Shown here in pieces: positions 59,901-64,000 of a DNA stretch of 64,000 nucleotides. Position numbers and translations under genes: made by a program. Every line of letters starts with the position of its first letter. The stretch's first letter is position 1. Source of the stretch: Nemertoderma westbladi (taxonomy: Eukaryota > Animalia > Xenacoelomorpha). The notes under the pieces were generated by a model. The model saw only the letters and a list, made by a program, of their open reading frames with translations, had not been told where the DNA came from and searched no databases. The stretch is from positions 62,001 to 126,000 of the forward strand of contig JAUCBJ010005016.1 in NCBI GenBank assembly GCA_032718475.1. The letters run 5' to 3'.

Positions 59901-62900
59901 TTTGTAGAAGAGACCACCAGTCCTAATGGAGCGGGAGTATATGATGTAGTTTGTAGAAGAGACCACCAGTCCTAGTGGAGCGGGAGTATATGACGTAGTT
60001 TGTAGAAGGGACCACTGGTCCTAATGGAGCGGGAGTATATGACGTAGTTTGTAGAAGGGACCACTGGTCCTAATGGAGCGGGAGTATATGACGTAGTTTG
60101 TAGAAGAGACCACCAGTCCTAGTGGAGCGGGAGTATATGACGTAGTTTGTAGAAGGGACCACCAGTCCTAATGGAGCGGGAGTATATGACGTAGTTTGTA
60201 GAAGGGACCACTGGTCCTAATGGAGCGGGAGTATATGGCGTAGTTTGTAGAAGGGACCACCAGTCCTAATGGAGCGGGAGTATATGATGTAGTTTGTAGA
60301 AGAGACCACTGGTCCTACTGGAGCGGGAGTATATGACGTAGTTTGTAGAAGAGACCACCGGTCCTAATGGAGCGGGAGTATATGACGTAGTTTGTAGAAG
60401 GGACCACCAGTCCTAATGGAGCGGGAGTATATGATGTAGTTTGTAGAAGAGACCACCGGTCCTACTGGAGCGGGAGTATATGACGTAGTTTGTAGAAGAG
60501 ACCACCGGTCCTAATGGAGCAGGAGTATATGACGTAGTTTGTAGAAGAGACCACCGGTCCTAATGGAGCGGGAGTATATGACGTAGTTTGTAGAAGAGAC
60601 CACCGGTCCTAATGGAGCGGGAGTATATGACGTAGTTTGTAGAAGAGACCACCGGTCCTAATGGAGCGGGAGTATATGACGTAGTTTGTAGAAGAGACCA
60701 CCGGTCCTAATGGAGCGGGAATATATGGCGTAGTTTGTAGAAGAGACCACCGGTCCTAGTGGAGCGGGAGTATATGACGTAGTTTGTAGAAGAGACCACT
60801 GGTCCTAATGGAGCGGGAGTATATGACGTAGTTTGTAGAAGAGACCACTGGTCCTAATGGAGCGGGAGTATATGACGTAGTTTGTAGAAGGTACCACCAG
60901 TCCTAATGGAGCGGGAGTATATGACGTAGTTTGTAGAAGAGACCACCGGTCCTACTGGAGCGGGAGTATATGACGTAGTTTGTAGAAGGGACCACCGGTC
61001 CTACTGGAGCGGGATAATATGACGTAGTTTGTAGAAGGGACCACAGGTCCTAATGGAGCGGGAGTATATGACGTAGTTTGTAGAAGAGACCACTGGTCCT
61101 AATGGAGCGGGAGTATATGATGTAGTTTGTAGAAGAGACCACTGGTCCTAATGGAGCGGGGGTATATGACGTAGTTTGTAGAAGAGACCACCGGTCCTAA
61201 TGGAGCGGGGGTATATGACGTAGTTTGTAGAAAAGACCACCGGTCCTAATGGAGCGGGAGTATATGACGTAGTTTGTAGAAGAGACCACTGGTCCTAATG
61301 GAGCGGGAGTATATGACGTAGTTTGTAGAAGGGACCACCAGTCCTAATGGAGCGGGAGTATATGATGTAGTTTGTAGAAGAGACCACTGGTCCTAATGGA
61401 GCGGGAGTATATGACGTAGTTTGTAGAAGGGACCACCAGTCCTAATGGAGCGGGAGTATATGATGTAGTTTGTAGAAGAGACCACCGGTCCTACTGGAGC
61501 GGGAGTATATGACGTAGTTTGTAGAAGGGACCACTGGTCCTAATGGAGCGGGAGTATATGACGTAGTTTGTAGGAGGGACCACCAGTCCTAATGGAGCGG
61601 GAGTATATGACGTAGTTTGTAGAAGGGACCACTGGTCCTAGTGGAGCGGGAGTATATGACGTAGTTTGTAGAAGGGACCACCAGTCCTAATGGAGCGGGA
61701 GTATATGACGTAGTTTGTAGAAGGGACCACTGGTCCTAATGGAGCGGGAGTATATGGCGTAGTTTGTAGAAGGGACCACCAGTCCTAATGGAGCGGGAGT
61801 ATATGATGTAGTTTGTAGAAGAGACCACCAGTCCTAATGGAGCGGGAGTATATGATGTAGTTTGTAGAAGAGACCACCAGTCCTAGTGGAGCGGGAGTAT
61901 ATGACGTAGTTTGTAGAAGGGACCACTGGTCCTAATGGAGCGGGAGTATATGACGTAGTTTGTAGAAGGGACCACTGGTCCTAATGGAGCGGGAGTATAT
62001 GACGTAGTTTGTAGAAGAGACCACCAGTCCTAGTGGAGCGGGAGTATATGACGTAGTTTGTAGAAGGGACCACCAGTCCTAATGGAGCGGGAGTATATGA
62101 CGTAGTTTGTAGAAGGGACCACTGGTCCTAATGGAGCGGGAGTATATGGCGTAGTTTGTAGAAGGGACCACCAGTCCTAATGGAGCGGGAGTATATGATG
62201 TAGTTTGTAGAAGAGACCACCGGTCCTACTGGAGCGGGAGTATATGACGTAGTTTGTAGAAGAGACCACCGGTCCTAATGGAGCGGGAGTATATGACGTA
62301 GTTTGTAGAAGGGACCACCAGTCCTAATGGAGCGGGAGTATATGATGTAGTTTGTAGAAGAGACCACCGGTCCTACTGGAGCGGGAGTATATGACGTAGT
62401 TTGTAGAAGAGACCACCGGTCCTAATGGAGCAGGAGTATATGACGTAGTTTGTAGAAGAGACCACCGGTCCTAATGGAGCGGGAGTATATGACGTAGTTT
62501 GTAGAAGAGACCACCGGTCCTAATGGAGCGGGAGTATATGACGTAGTTTGTAGAAGAGACCACCGGTCCTAATGGAGCGGGAGTATATGACGTAGTTTGT
62601 AGAAGAGACCACCGGTCCTAATGGAGCGGGAGTATATGGCGTAGTTTGTAGAAGAGACCACCGGTCCTAGTGGAGCGGGAGTATATGACGTAGTTTGTAG
62701 AAGAGACCACTGGTCCTAATGGAGCGGGAGTATATGACGTAGTTTGTAGAAGAGACCACTGGTCCTAATGGAGCGGGAGTATATGACGTAGTTTGTAGAA
62801 GGGACCACCAGTCCTAATGGAGCGGGAGTATATGACGTAGTTTGTAGAAGAGACCACCAGTCCTAATGGAGCGGGAGTATATGACGTAGTTTGTAGAAGG

Positions 62901-64000
62901 GACCACCGGTCCTACTGGAGCGGGAGTAATATGACGTAGTTTGTAGAAGGGACCACAGGTCCTAATGGAGCGGGAGTATATGACGTAGTTTGTAGAAGAG
63001 ACCACTGGTCCTAATGGAGCGGGAGTATATGATGTAGTTTGTAGAAGAGACCACCAGTCCTAATGGAGCGGGAGTATTGACGTAGTTTGTAGAAGGGACC
63101 ACTGGTTCTAATGGAGCGGGAGTATATGATGTAGTTTGTAGAAGAGACCACCAGTCCTAGTGGAGCGGGAGTATATGACGTAGTTTGTAGAAGAGACCAC
63201 CGGTCCTAATGGAGCAGGAGTATATGACGTAGTTTGTAGAAGAGACCACCGGTCCTAATGGAGCGGGAGTATATGACGTAGTTTGTAGAAGAGACCACCG
63301 GTCCTAATGGAGCGGGAGTATATGATGTAGTTTGTAGAAGAGACCACCAGTCCTAGTGGAGCGGGAGTATATGACGTAGTTTGTAGAAGAGACCACCGGT
63401 CCTAGTGGAGCGGGAGTATATGACGTAGTTTGTAGAAGAGACCACCGGTCCTAATGGAGCAGGAGTATATGACGTAGTTTGTAGAAGAGACCACCGGTCC
63501 TAATGGAGCGGGAGTATATGATGTAGTTTGTAGAAGGGACCACTGGTTCTAATGGAGCGGGAGTATATGACGTAGTTTGTAGAAGAGACCACTGGTCCTA
63601 ATGGAGCGGGAGTATATGACGTAGTTTGTAGAAGGGACCACCAGTCCTAATGGAGCGGGAGTATATGACGTAGTTTGTAGAAGAGACCACCAGTCCTAAT
63701 GGAGCGGGAGTATATGACGTAGTTTGTAGAAGGGACCACCGGTCCTACTGGAGCGGGAGTATATGACGTAGTTTGTAGAAGGGACCACAGGTCCTAATGG
63801 AGCGGGAGTATATGACGTAGTTTGTAGAAGAGACCACTGGTCCTAATGGAGCGGGAGTATATGATGTAGTTTGTAGAAGAGACCACCAGTCCTAATGGAG
63901 CGGGAGTATATGACGTAGTTTGTAGAAGGGACCACTGGTCCTAATGGAGCGGGAGTATATGATGTAGTTTGTAGAAGAGACCACCAGTCCTAGTGGAGCG
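50979..64000. repeat. 49-bp satellite (~265 copies), runs off the window
   Basis: Unit CTA(A/G)TGGAGCGGGAGTATATGA(C/T)GTAGTTTGTAGAAG(A/G)GACCAC(CG/TG/CA)GTC. Confidence 0.98.

Noticed and set aside
39519-64000. CRISPR arrays
   Set aside because: No unique spacers, no cas genes, eukaryotic context; these are plain tandem repeats.

Overview
AT-rich, repeat-dense eukaryotic (probably invertebrate animal) genomic DNA. (1) 1-~16831 is an almost complete, decayed Polinton/Maverick (adintovirus-like) endogenous virus with long TIRs; the left end is cut off by the window. The + strand block encodes an unknown protein, a RING finger, A32 packaging ATPase, a pX-like core protein, penton, a second core protein, the DJR major capsid protein, adenain protease and a DEDD-like protein. 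The convergent - strand block encodes a PC4-like protein, protein-primed PolB and a divergent TBP-like protein. No integrase is recognisable between the TIRs. A 1.19 kb tandem duplication creates a PolB C-terminus/TBP fusion ORF. (2) 17.4-37.4 kb is a retroelement nest: RTE LINE fragments, a BEL/Pao LTR element split by a near full-length CR1/L2-type LINE whose ORF begins signal peptide-2A(DIETNPGP)-PHD, a 1.07 kb foldback MULE-like element with a 9-bp TSD, and a decayed orphan ~4.2 kb ORF with a WRN/Mut-7-like DEDDy exonuclease fold plus three zinc knuckles. (3) An intronless MRPS18A-like gene with a triplicated presequence motif. (4) 39.5-64 kb is tandem DNA: an 8 kb 62/67-bp satellite, inverted 19/17-bp minisatellite arrays and a >13 kb 49-bp satellite. 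All calls are by eye from motifs; no searches were run.
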